From Macrostomum lignano (taxonomy: Eukaryota): 64,000 nt of DNA. The notes beneath the pieces were generated by a model. The model was given only the letters and a program-made list of their open reading frames with translations, made no database searches and was not told where the DNA came from. Shown here piece after piece: positions 22,789-57,700 of the stretch (position 1 is the stretch's first letter; each line of letters opens with the position of its first letter). The stretch lies in assembly GCA_002269645.1 (NCBI GenBank), contig NIVC01001385.1, positions 219,539-283,538 on the forward strand, given 5' to 3'. A program made the translations under genes and the position numbers.

Positions 22789-23199
22789 ATTTTTAATTTA
22801 TTATTCAAGAGTAATTCATGGGTAAAGTTCATGACAACTAATGACAAAATTCTTTTTTGAGGCTCGACTATTTTTAACACGAAGCAAAATACTTTTTTCA
22901 ATACGTTGACTCAATAAAAATAATAAATAATCTAGAAATAAAAAACCGCTACTGAGCTTTTTATTCGGATAATTATGCATTCATAAACTTGCTATCGGTC
23001 AATATCAATGATTCGTTGTTGTATTTATTTTATACAGCACATTTGGCTACATATACTGCACATATTTTATTACTCGTAGTATACGAAATATCATAAATCA
23101 GTCTGAATAAACCTCTAAATGCATAAGAAGTGCACAAGGCTCTAATACTGATGGGCGACCCTGTTTCTTGGTGGTCCTACTGGCCTTAAGCTAGTCTAC

Positions 23200-23950
23200 C
23201 ATGTTTTTTGACTTCAGCGCCACGCAAATTTCGCAAAACTGTCGGTCCGAAACGTCGTGTCCACGTGCGAAGAGACCGGAAGCACGCACACCCTACGGAA
23301 GGGAGGAGTGAAGGCACTGTGACTCACCGAAGCTGTGTGGAAGATGAGATCGCACCTGCTTTAAGCCAACAATGATGACTTCAACATCAGTCTCAGTGCC
23401 ATTAGTCGTGTTCTGGATGGCCAGTTGATATCACTAGAGCTTCCCGCGCTCGTTGCAAAGTAATGTCCCAGAATACACTGCAGCAGCTTCTAGACGAGGG
23501 TAGCCAAAACATCTTCTGTACGTAGACGAGTTCAGCATGAACTCTTGGACGGCTAGAACTCAGGGTCGTGCTCCCATAGGGACACCAGCAGCGACGGTGG
23601 TGAATGTTCAGCGAGGCCAAAATCTTACCATCTGCCTTGTCATCTCGCAACAGCTGCAGGGCTCGTGCACTACACTCTGATTAAAGATGCTTCAGAAACA
23701 AGCATTCAGAAGGAAACTTCATGCTTCTGTCTGATGGCACCCGTGCTCATCTGAATGCTACAGATATAAGTGACTGCCACACTCACAGATTCCTTCCACC
23801 TTACTCACCCTTCCTGAACCTTGTCGAAAAAGCGGCCGCACTGACAATAAGGCTTGTAAGATCCTAAACTAAAATTTCGGACACTTCGGCATGCAAAATG
23901 AAGTCAGCTGGCGCGGTGCGCAATCCACTGGCCAAATATTGACAGCAACA
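23200..23950 (+). mobile_element. Degenerate Tc1/IS630-like DDE transposase
   Basis: YVDEFSMNSWTARTQGRAPIG (first D at ~23525), RGQNLTICLVIS, GLVHY, SDGTRAH, FLPPYSPFLNLVE (23790-23828). Stops and frameshifts are present, and no TIRs were identified. Confidence 0.8.
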
Positions 23951-25080
23951 TCGATGTCACAGCTGCGCAGATTATCAGAATCATCCGCCAAAGGCTGCTT
24001 TTCACCCGTGGATGATGCCTGAGAAGCCTACACTTGTACCATGCAGTCGCTTTCCTGTGTATCAACTGTTTGTTCCTCACCGACGCCTACTCACAGTAAC
24101 CGTGCTTACATCCGACAAGCTCTCACCTGCACATCTCGCTAAAGTCCCCCAGGATTCGGCAAGAGGTCGCTCAAGTCCAGCGGAGTACTATGGACCGCAC
24201 CGGGAGAACGAGGGCTGCTGGGTGCCGACTGCAGTTACAAAACGACATGGTAGACGCAGCGTCAATGAAGGTAGTTCCCAAACCTGTTGGCGGCACTACG
24301 ACCAGCTTCAATAGCGCCAATCATCGGTGGGGGACAGCGCTGTCCATTCAGTAAGTCAACGTGTCGTCGACCGTTGTGCATCCGAAACTCCAGCCAGCGC
24401 CTTCAAGCCGGACACTCTGAGAGACAACGGAAACCGTGTGTACGAATGGTCACAGCTTGGTCGGGAGGTGTCGCGACGATCGAAGCAACTCCAAGAAAAA
24501 TGCATTCTAGAAATTCAACGGTGGTTCGTGAAATTCGACTAGAAGAAAACCCCCGGTTTGCAGATTTTTACCAGTAATCGGTGTTTCAAAAAAATTGTCT
24601 GAGGGTCTGTGTTAACGAATTTCACTCAATTAGTTAAATTTTAAGTCCCTTTTGATGAACTCGAAGTTGAAAAAAGGTATACATAAAGCGTTTCCCGGGA
24701 AAGTCTGCAAGTGCTAACAGCTTCTATTTGAGAAGTAGTCGCCATGACGGTGTCGTTTGAGCAAACATAACAGTAGTTTTATATTTGCTTCACTCTCAGC
24801 ACCTTTGCCATTTGAAGCACCTACATTAGGCTAGCTATAGTGCCAGTTCTCACAGCTCGAAGAAGGCAGTAGTATGAGCACAGTTAGTTTAAACAGAACA
24901 AAGTTCTTAGAGATATGCTCATCTTCCACATAGCTTTGTTTGCTAAATTCAAGTTTAGCTGTTTTGACAACCGGACAAACATGGTGCCAAAATTGAAGAA
25001 AGGTATTTTAATCTTTCCAATAGAGTCTGGTTGCCGAACTTTCCAAGAAAAACTTTCCAGCCTCACAAGTAAAAGGGATC

Positions 25081-46501
<21,421 letters not shown>

Positions 46502-47803
46502 GTGAGTCTGTCAACTTATGAACATCTGCAAATTCCAGGGGCCAAACTGATGGGCAGAGCAGCTCAGAGGTGCATGTAAACGGGTCTTGTGCACGAAAAT
46601 GTACGTGCCTGGAAGATTGGAAAGTCAAAGGGCCGCTGTAAACCCTGTGTGAGTGTGTGTGTGAGTGTGTGTGTGTGTGAGTTTGTGCATTAGGCATTTC
46701 TTGGGACAAGCGTGTATAAACTGACCCGTGCTATTAGGACCAAAAATGTGTTGGGCCAGGCCCAATATGTGCGTCCCGACACTTCTAAAAATCAAGGCTA
46801 CTAAATTAAAAAAATATTCGTTCGAACCGTCGTTCGATTCCCTTTTCAGAAACCAAACAACAGAAACCATATTTCTTACGATACATGAGTAATTTAGCGA
46901 TTAACAATGTCCCAACAGGTTAGGAAAATCATGCAAAACCATTTTTGGTTCAATAGAACAATTGGGACTTTAATCATACTTTCATGTCTCGTCTTTTTAT
47001 CATGTAATATTCTAAAAGGTCTACTTAAAGTAAAGCTGAATGCTTAATAAGGAGCCTGTCTAAAGCTGAAGAGATCAGATATCATTTGGCAGCGTGGTCG
47101 TGGCTACATAAGTTTTCCAGGATGTTTTGCTGTAAGAACTGTTAGTTTATCTCATATACACTCTAATCTATAAAATTCTACATTCTAATTGTAAAATTTT
47201 CAACTCTGAAGTATACTAAAATTGGGACAATGTTCAACACTACTAACACTTAGTAACTTTATCGCTCCACTACAGGTGTATTGTTTCTATTGTTCCAACG
47301 TACTCTTCTCCCTATTTCACCTATCAGCGATTCGCGAGCATATTAATATAGAGCTTAAAATTTTAACAACCACAATTAAAATTCTTGCATTCTTTTTCTT
47401 ACGGAGAGATTACAGAGCAAAATAAGCCCCTAGGCCTCAATCCCTCTCTCACAAAACGTTTTGGCCAGGCTAAACAGCTTGGTAAAGAACTTTGTCCCAG
47501 CTTCGATCGATAATCGAGCTAACGCGCGTGTGTACATTCTGAAGTGTGGGGACACGCACAAATAAAACCCAATCAACCTTCTCTCCAGGCCAATTGAGTG
47601 TACATTCAGAAGTGTTAGGACAGCCAAGCCACCCCTATTTAGAGCCCCCACAAACCTCTTTCAAAGGCCAATCGGAAGAACCAAACTAAATCTAGATTGA
47701 GACAATTTTGTACAATACATTGACTTCCCGATACTATTCTATTTACTATAAGCCATTCTGAATTTGATCTAGTCAAAATACTCGTAGCTACATACTTAAA
47801 ACA

Positions 47804-48586
47804 ATGCGGCAGAAGGCCGCTAAGAAGCTGAAGGCCCAAAGAAAAGTAAGAAAGAGGCCACTAGAGGTTAATGGCCATGCCAACCGAAGAGTGGAAGTGA
47901 AATTTGATAAAAGGCATCCCGCCTACGGCCAGACCAACGTTGTATATCTAAGCGACCTAAAGTTTAAAGGTCAACTATGCCATGGAACACGAGTCGTGAT
48001 GCAGTGGAAGGGAAAGGAGTGGAGCGGCACGGTGACTAACATGTAAGTGACATTAAAAAAAACTATATCTTCCTATACTAGTCTTATTGATTTCTAAATA
48101 ACACAATTACGTGCACACTGTACTTTGCGTAAATTAACACAAATATGTAATTTACTGCAGATACATTGATGCAGACCCACTACCGTTTGAAGCCGTTACT
48201 AAAGGGCTACCAACTCTAACAGGTATGTATGCCTATATTAAACATTCAATTACTTATCCACGAAGAGTATACTCATAAAGACTATCAATCTTACTTCTTA
48301 CTTATCAATGCCCGAAAAAATAGCAATGATGTTTAGGTGAAAAGAGATCCCTTAAATCAATTTTCAATTTTATAGAGGAACAATTAGCAAATCGAAACGT
48401 CTCATATAGTGGCCGTGCGTTTGAAAAATACTACATTGGTAAGAAAAAACATAATACTCTAAATCTTAAATGTACCTCCGTAAAAGCCTTGAAATTCCCT
48501 TGAAAGCGAAAACTAAAACTTTGTAGAGATGGAAGAAAAGCAATTTCGCAGCATCTTCAAGCTTAAAAAACATCGATCCAATGCAG
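47804..48586 (+). CDS. 5' exons of the tyrosine-recombinase-like gene (47804-48042, 48161-48222, 48376-48438, 48527-48586)
   Basis: ATG at 47804. The exons are open and phase-compatible (2, 1, 1, 1) with GT-AG boundaries. The joined protein is MRQKAAKKLK..WKGKEWSGTVTN-IYIDADPLPFEAVTKGLPTLT-EEQLANRNVSYSGRAFEKYYI-EMEEKQFRSIFKLKKHRSNA. It ends in phase 1, matching the repeated exon. Confidence 0.62.
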
Positions 48587-48762
48587 GTACTTTGACTGCA
48601 GAAACTGTATTTCACATAGAAAAGCACATATTAACTATATTATTTACACATCAAACGTAGAAAAGAAAAGCACAAAAAAAACATTTTTAGTGGCAACGGT
48701 CGGACAGAAAAACAAACACATTGCACTGGTATATACAAGCAAAGCTCAAATGTGGAGCAATC

Positions 48763-51700
48763 ATTGGGACAACATTGTGCGGATGTGATGTTTGAGGCAT
48801 TTATTGGGACGCACTTAATGGGACATGGAGTCTGTTATTTTTAACGCGGCTCTGGCTGTGACTAGAAAATGGTTCTTGTAGTTGAGCCAGCAAAGCATAG
48901 CTCTCTCTAAATAAACAAAACAGAATAGTAGCTTTCTAAGTAGCTCGAGTTTGAGTTTGGGAATCTGTGAAACTTTGCTCAGCCAATGATTACGTTCATG
49001 AAGTGTGTCTACACTACACAACTCCTTTCACACAGCTTCTGAAGTCGAGAGTTCCGCTGACGCGTCGCGGATTGAGCCCAACTTGAATGCGGTCTCCGCA
49101 AGCACAGACGCCACTGGTTCAAGCCTTGTCGCTGAACTAGCTAGTGCCATTCAGCCTGCTCAACAGCAGCCTCCAGCCGGCTTCAGCCAGACAGTTAGTC
49201 AGCTCCCAAGTGGTGCTACAGAAAGTCATTCAAGCGAAAGTGCAAATGCTAAGAGGAAACGGCGATCTGCTCAAGGTGAGCACTGCATGAGCATTGCTTT
49301 GTCTGCATGAAGGTACATGTACTTTAAGCGGGAGTGTTTGGGAGCCTTGGCAAATAAGGCAATGGATATTTTGGGCGGGCATCGGCAGGACAGAAAAACA
49401 CATACACTTGGGCACTTATTGGGACAACATTGTGCGGATGTGATGTTTGAGGCATTTATTGGGACGCACTTAATGGGACATGGAGTCTGTTATTTTTAAC
49501 GCGGCTCTGGCTGTGACTAGAAAATGGTTCTTGTAGTTGAGCCAGCAAAGCATAGCTCTCTCTAAATAAACAAAACAGAATAGTAGCTTTCTAAGTAGCT
49601 CGAGTTTGAGTTTGGGAATCTGTGAAACTTTGCTCAGCCAATGATTACGTTCATGAAGTGTGTCTACACTACACAACTCCTTTCACACAGCTTCTGAAGT
49701 CGAGAGTTCCGCTGACGCGTCGCGGATTGAGCCCAACTTGAATGCGGTCTCCGCAAGCACAGACGCCACTGGTTCAAGCCTTGTCGCTGAACTAGCTAGT
49801 GCCATTCAGCCTGCTCAACAGCAGCCTCCAGCCGGCTTCAGCCAGACAGTTAGTCAGCTCCCAAGTGGTGCTACAGAAAGTCATTCAAGCGAAAGTGCAA
49901 ATGCTAAGAGGAAACGGCGATCTGCTCAAGGTGAGCACTGCATGAGCATTGCTTTGTCTGCATGAAGGTACATGTACTTTAAGCGGGAGTGTTTGGGAGC
50001 CTTGGCAAATAAGGCAATGGATATTTTGGGCGGGCATCGGCAGGACAGAAAAACACATACACTTGGGCACTTATTGGGACAACATTGTGCGGATGTGATG
50101 TTTGAGGCATTTATTGGGACGCACTTAATGGGACATGGAGTCTGTTATTTTTAACGCGGCTCTGGCTGTGACTAGAAAATGGTTCTTGTAGTTGAGCCAG
50201 CAAAGCATAGCTCTCTCTAAATAAACAAAACAGAATAGTAGCTTTCTAAGTAGCTCGAGTTTGAGTTTGGGAATCTGTGAAACTTTGCTCAGCCAATGAT
50301 TACGTTCATGAAGTGTGTCTACACTACACAACTCCTTTGACACAGCTTCTGAAGTCGAGAGTTCCGCTGACGCGTCGCGGATTGAGCCCAACTTGAATGC
50401 GGTCTCCGCAAGCACAGACGCCACTGGTTCAAGCCTTGTCGCTGAACTAGCTAGTGCCATTCCGCCTGCTCAACAGCAGCCTCCAGCCGGCTTCAGCCAG
50501 ACAGTTAGTCAGCTCCCAAGTGGTGCTACAGAAAGTCATTCAAGCGAAAGTGCAAATGCTAAGAGGAAACGGCGATCTGCTCAAGGTGAGCACTGCATGA
50601 GCATTGCTTTGTCTGCATGAAGGTACATGTACTTTAAGCGGGAGTGTTTGGGAGCCTTGGCAAATAAGGCAATGGATATTTTGGGCGGGCATCGGCAGGA
50701 CAGAAAAACACATACACTTGGGCACTTATTGGGACAACATTGTGCGGATGTGATGTTTGAGGCATTTATTGGGACGCACTTAATGGGACATGGAGTCTGT
50801 TATTTTTAACGCGGCTCTGGCTGTGACTAGAAAATGGTTCTTGTAGTTGAGCCAGCAAAGCATAGCTCTCTCTAAATAAACAAAACAGAATAGTAGCTTT
50901 CTAAGTAGCTCGAGTTTGAGTTTGGGAATCTGTGAAACTTTGCTCAGCCAATGATTACGTTCATGAAGTGTGTCTACACTACACAACTCCTTTGACACAG
51001 CTTCTGAAGTCGAGAGTTCCGCTGACGCGTCGCGGATTGAGCCCAACTTGAATGCGGTCTCCGCAAGCACAGACGCCACTGGTTCAAGCCTTGTCGCTGA
51101 ACTAGCTAGTGCCATTCCGCCTGCTCAACAGCAGCCTCCAGCCGGCTTCAGCCAGACAGTTAGTCAGCTCCCAAGTGGTGCTACAGAAAGTCATTCAAGC
51201 GAAAGTGCAAATGCTAAGAGGAAACGGCGATCTGCTCAAGGTGAGCACTGCATGAGCATTGCTTTGTCTGCATGAAGGTACATGTACTTTAAGCGGGAGT
51301 GTTTGGGAGCCTTGGCAAATAAGGCAATGGATATTTTGGGCGGGCATCGGCAGGACAGAAAAACACATACACTTGGGCACTTATTGGGACAACATTGTGC
51401 GGATGTGATGTTTGAGGCATTTATTGGGACGCACTTAATGGGACATGGAGTCTGTTATTTTTAACGCGGCTCTGGCTGTGACTAGAAAATGGTTCTTGTA
51501 GTTGAGCCAGCAAAGCATAGCTCTCTCTAAATAAACAAAACAGAATAGTAGCTTTCTAAGTAGCTCGAGTTTGAGTTTGGGAATCTGTGAAACTTTGCTC
51601 AGCCAATGATTACGTTCATGAAGTGTGTCTACACTACACAACTCCTTTGACACAGCTTCTGAAGTCGAGAGTTCCGCTGACGCGTCGCGGATTGAGCCCA

Positions 51701-54700
51701 ACTTGAATGCGGTCTCCGCAAGCACAGACGCCACTGGTTCAAGCCTTGTCGCTGAACTAGCTAGTGCCATTCCGCCTGCTCAACAGCAGCCTCCAGCCGG
51801 CTTCAGCCAGACAGTTAGTCAGCTCCCAAGTGGTGCTACAGAAAGTCATTCAAGCGAAAGTGCAAATGCTAAGAGGAAACGGCGATCTGCTCAAGGTGAG
51901 CACTGCATGAGCATTGCTTTGTCTGCATGAAGGTACATGTACTTTAAGCGGGAGTGTTTGGGAGCCTTGGCAAATAAGGCAATGGATATTTTGGGCGGGC
52001 ATCGGCAGGACAGAAAAACACATACACTTGGGCACTTATTGGGACAACATTGTGCGGATGTGATGTTTGAGGCATTTATTGGGACGCACTTAATGGGACA
52101 TGGAGTCTGTTATTTTTAACGCGGCTCTGGCTGTGACTAGAAAATGGTTCTTGTAGTTGAGCCAGCAAAGCATAGCTCTCTCTAAATAAACAAAACAGAA
52201 TAGTAGCTTTCTAAGTAGCTCGAGTTTGAGTTTGGGAATCTGTGAAACTTTGCTCAGCCAATGATTACGTTCATGAAGTGTGTCTACACTACACAACTCC
52301 TTTGACACAGCTTCTGAAGTCGAGAGTTCCGCTGACGCGTCGCGGATTGAGCCCAACTTGAATGCGGTCTCCGCAAGCACAGACGCCACTGGTTCAAGCC
52401 TTGTCGCTGAACTAGCTAGTGCCATTCCGCCTGCTCAACAGCAGCCTCCAGCCGGCTTCAGCCAGACAGTTAGTCAGCTCCCAAGTGGTGCTACAGAAAG
52501 TCATTCAAGCGAAAGTGCAAATGCTAAGAGGAAACGGCGATCTGCTCAAGGTGAGCACTGCATGAGCATTGCTTTGTCTGCATGAAGGTACATGTACTTT
52601 AAGCGGGAGTGTTTGGGAGCCTTGGCAAATAAGGCAATGGATATTTTGGGCGGGCATCGGCAGGACAGAAAAACACATACACTTGGGCACTTATTGGGAC
52701 AACATTGTGCGGATGTGATGTTTGAGGCATTTATTGGGACGCACTTAATGGGACATGGAGTCTGTTATTTTTAACGCGGCTCTGGCTGTGACTAGAAAAT
52801 GGTTCTTGTAGTTGAGCCAGCAAAGCATAGCTCTCTCTAAATAAACAAAACAGAATAGTAGCTTTCTAAGTAGCTCGAGTTTGAGTTTGGGAATCTGTGA
52901 AACTTTGCTCAGCCAATGATTACGTTCATGAAGTGTGTCTACACTACACAACTCCTTTCACACAGCTTCTGAAGTCGAGAGTTCCGCTGACGCGTCGCGG
53001 ATTGAGCCCAACTTGAATGCGGTCTCCGCAAGCACAGACGCCACTGGTTCAAGCCTTGTCGCTGAACTAGCTAGTGCCATTCGCCTGCTCAACAGCAGCC
53101 TCCAGCCGGCTTCAGCCAGACAGTTAGTCAGCTCCCAAGTGGTGCTACAGAAAGTCATTCAAGCGAAAGTGCAAATGCTAAGAGGAAACGGCGATCTGCT
53201 CAAGGTGAGCACTGCATGAGCATTGCTTTGTCTGCATGAAGGTACATGTACTTTAAGCGGGAGTGTTTGGGAGCCTTGGCAAATAAGGCAATGGATATTT
53301 TGGGCGGGCATCGGCAGGACAGAAAAACACATACACTTGGGCACTTATTGGGACAACATTGTGCGGATGTGATGTTTGAGGCATTTATTGGGACGCACTT
53401 AATGGGACATGGAGTCTGTTATTTTTAACGCGGCTCTGGCTGTGACTAGAAAATGGTTCTTGTAGTTGAGCCAGCAAAGCATAGCTCTCTCTAAATAAAC
53501 AAAACAGAATAGTAGCTTTCTAAGTAGCTCGAGTTTGAGTTTGGGAATCTGTGAAACTTTGCTCAGCCAATGATTACGTTCATGAAGTGTGTCTACACTA
53601 CACAACTCCTTTCACACAGCTTCTGAAGTCGAGAGTTCCGCTGACGCGTCGCGGATTGAGCCCAACTTGAATGCGGTCTCCGCAAGCACAGACGCCACTG
53701 GTTCAAGCCTTGTCGCTGAACTAGCTAGTGCCATTCCGCCTGCTCAACAGCAGCCTCCAGCCGGCTTCAGCCAGACAGTTAGTCAGCTCCCAAGTGGTGC
53801 TACAGAAAGTCATTCAAGCGAAAGTGCAAATGCTAAGAGGAAACGGCGATCTGCTCAAGGTGAGCACTGCATGAGCATTGCTTTGTCTGCATGAAGGTAC
53901 ATGTACTTTAAGCGGGAGTGTTTGGGAGCCTTGGCAAATAAGGCAATGGATATTTTGGGCGGGCATCGGCAGGACAGAAAAACACATACACTTGGGCACT
54001 TATTGGGACAACATTGTGCGGATGTGATGTTTGAGGCATTTATTGGGACGCACTTAATGGGACATGGAGTCTGTTATTTTTAACGCGGCTCTGGCTGTGA
54101 CTAGAAAATGGTTCTTGTAGTTGAGCCAGCAAAGCATAGCTCTCTCTAAATAAACAAAACAGAATAGTAGCTTTCTAAGTAGCTCGAGTTTGAGTTTGGG
54201 AATCTGTGAAACTTTGCTCAGCCAATGATTACGTTCATGAAGTGTGTCTACACTACACAACTCCTTTGACACAGCTTCTGAAGTCGAGAGTTCCGCTGAC
54301 GCGTCGCGGATTGAGCCCAACTTGAATGCGGTCTCCGCAAGCACAGACGCCACTGGTTCAAGCCTTGTCGCTGAACTAGCTAGTGCCATTCCGCCTGCTC
54401 AACAGCAGCCTCCAGCCGGCTTCAGCCAGACAGTTAGTCAGCTCCCAAGTGGTGCTACAGAAAGTCATTCAAGCGAAAGTGCAAATGCTAAGAGGAAACG
54501 GCGATCTGCTCAAGGTGAGCACTGCATGAGCATTGCTTTGTCTGCATGAAGGTACATGTACTTTAAGCGGGAGTGTTTGGGAGCCTTGGCAAATAAGGCA
54601 ATGGATATTTTGGGCGGGCATCGGCAGGACAGAAAAACACATACACTTGGGCACTTATTGGGACAACATTGTGCGGATGTGATGTTTGAGGCATTTATTG

Positions 54701-57700
54701 GGACGCACTTAATGGGACATGGAGTCTGTTATTTTTAACGCGGCTCTGGCTGTGACTAGAAAATGGTTCTTGTAGTTGAGCCAGCAAAGCATAGCTCTCT
54801 CTAAATAAACAAAACAGAATAGTAGCTTTCTAAGTAGCTCGAGTTTGAGTTTGGGAATCTGTGAAACTTTGCTCAGCCAATGATTACGTTCATGAAGTGT
54901 GTCTACACTACACAACTCCTTTGACACAGCTTCTGAAGTCGAGAGTTCCGCTGACGCGTCGCGGATTGAGCCCAACTTGAATGCGGTCTCCGCAAGCACA
55001 GACGCCACTGGTTCAAGCCTTGTCGCTGAACTAGCTAGTGCCATTCCGCCTGCTCAACAGCAGCCTCCAGCCGGCTTCAGCCAGACAGTTAGTCAGCTCC
55101 CAAGTGGTGCTACAGAAAGTCATTCAAGCGAAAGTGCAAATGCTAAGAGGAAACGGCGATCTGCTCAAGGTGAGCACTGCATGAGCATTGCTTTGTCTGC
55201 ATGAAGGTACATGTACTTTAAGCGGGAGTGTTTGGGAGCCTTGGCAAATAAGGCAATGGATATTTTGGGCGGGCATCGGCAGGACAGAAAAACACATACA
55301 CTTGGGCACTTATTGGGACAACATTGTGCGGATGTGATGTTTGAGGCATTTATTGGGACGCACTTAATGGGACATGGAGTCTGTTATTTTTAACGCGGCT
55401 CTGGCTGTGACTAGAAAATGGTTCTTGTAGTTGAGCCAGCAAAGCATAGCTCTCTCTAAATAAACAAAACAGAATAGTAGCTTTCTAAGTAGCTCGAGTT
55501 TGAGTTTGGGAATCTGTGAAACTTTGCTCAGCCAATGATTACGTTCATGAAGTGTGTCTACACTACACAACTCCTTTGACACAGCTTCTGAAGTCGAGAG
55601 TTCCGCTGACGCGTCGCGGATTGAGCCCAACTTGAATGCGGTCTCCGCAAGCACAGACGCCACTGGTTCAAGCCTTGTCGCTGAACTAGCTAGTGCCATT
55701 CCGCCTGCTCAACAGCAGCCTCCAGCCGGCTTCAGCCAGACAGTTAGTCAGCTCCCAAGTGGTGCTACAGAAAGTCATTCAAGCGAAAGTGCAAATGCTA
55801 AGAGGAAACGGCGATCTGCTCAAGGTGAGCACTGCATGAGCATTGCTTTGTCTGCATGAAGGTACATGTACTTTAAGCGGGAGTGTTTGGGAGCCTTGGC
55901 AAATAAGGCAATGGATATTTTGGGCGGGCATCGGCAGGACAGAAAAACACATACACTTGGGCACTTATTGGGACAACATTGTGCGGATGTGATGTTTGAG
56001 GCATTTATTGGGACGCACTTAATGGGACATGGAGTCTGTTATTTTTAACGCGGCTCTGGCTGTGACTAGAAAATGGTTCTTGTAGTTGAGCCAGCAAAGC
56101 ATAGCTCTCTCTAAATAAACAAAACAGAATAGTAGCTTTCTAAGTAGCTCGAGTTTGAGTTTGGGAATCTGTGAAACTTTGCTCAGCCAATGATTACGTT
56201 CATGAAGTGTGTCTACACTACACAACTCCTTTGACACAGCTTCTGAAGTCGAGAGTTCCGCTGACGCGTCGCGGATTGAGCCCAACTTGAATGCGGTCTC
56301 CGCAAGCACAGACGCCACTGGTTCAAGCCTTGTCGCTGAACTAGCTAGTGCCATTCCGCCTGCTCAACAGCAGCCTCCAGCCGGCTTCAGCCAGACAGTT
56401 AGTCAGCTCCCAAGTGGTGCTACAGAAAGTCATTCAAGCGAAAGTGCAAATGCTAAGAGGAAACGGCGATCTGCTCAAGGTGAGCACTGCATGAGCATTG
56501 CTTTGTCTGCATGAAGGTACATGTACTTTAAGCGGGAGTGTTTGGGAGCCTTGGCAAATAAGGCAATGGATATTTTGGGCGGGCATCGGCAGGACAGAAA
56601 AACACATACACTTGGGCACTTATTGGGACAACATTGTGCGGATGTGATGTTTGAGGCATTTATTGGGACGCACTTAATGGGACATGGAGTCTGTTATTTT
56701 TAACGCGGCTCTGGCTGTGACTAGAAAATGGTTCTTGTAGTTGAGCCAGCAAAGCATAGCTCTCTCTAAATAAACAAAACAGAATAGTAGCTTTCTAAGT
56801 AGCTCGAGTTTGAGTTTGGGAATCTGTGAAACTTTGCTCAGCCAATGATTACGTTCATGAAGTGTGTCTACACTACACAACTCCTTTGACACAGCTTCTG
56901 AAGTCGAGAGTTCCGCTGACGCGTCGCGGATTGAGCCCAACTTGAATGCGGTCTCCGCAAGCACAGACGCCACTGGTTCAAGCCTTGTCGCTGAACTAGC
57001 TAGTGCCATTCCGCCTGCTCAACAGCAGCCTCCAGCCGGCTTCAGCCAGACAGTTAGTCAGCTCCCAAGTGGTGCTACAGAAAGTCATTCAAGCGAAAGT
57101 GCAAATGCTAAGAGGAAACGGCGATCTGCTCAAGGTGAGCACTGCATGAGCATTGCTTTGTCTGCATGAAGGTACATGTACTTTAAGCGGGAGTGTTTGG
57201 GAGCCTTGGCAAATAAGGCAATGGATATTTTGGGCGGGCATCGGCAGGACAGAAAAACACATACACTTGGGCACTTATTGGGACAACATTGTGCGGATGT
57301 GATGTTTGAGGCATTTATTGGGACGCACTTAATGGGACATGGAGTCTGTTATTTTTAACGCGGCTCTGGCTGTGACTAGAAAATGGTTCTTGTAGTTGAG
57401 CCAGCAAAGCATAGCTCTCTCTAAATAAACAAAACAGAATAGTAGCTTTCTAAGTAGCTCGAGTTTGAGTTTGGGAATCTGTGAAACTTTGCTCAGCCAA
57501 TGATTACGTTCATGAAGTGTGTCTACACTACACAACTCCTTTGACACAGCTTCTGAAGTCGAGAGTTCCGCTGACGCGTCGCGGATTGAGCCCAACTTGA
57601 ATGCGGTCTCCGCAAGCACAGACGCCACTGGTTCAAGCCTTGTCGCTGAACTAGCTAGTGCCATTCGCCTGCTCAACAGCAGCCTCCAGCCGGCTTCAGC

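Noticed and set aside
24012-24577. Coding-like fragments (e.g. PASAFKPDTLRDNGNRVYEW)
   Set aside because: They look like a decayed TE-derived ORF, but no family motif could be recognised without a search.
48690-48730. Possible extra micro-exon (TTTTTAG|TGGCAACG..CTG|GTATAT) in the YR gene
   Set aside because: It would end in phase 0, incompatible with the following phase-1 exon, and the sequence is a diverged copy of the repeat intron.
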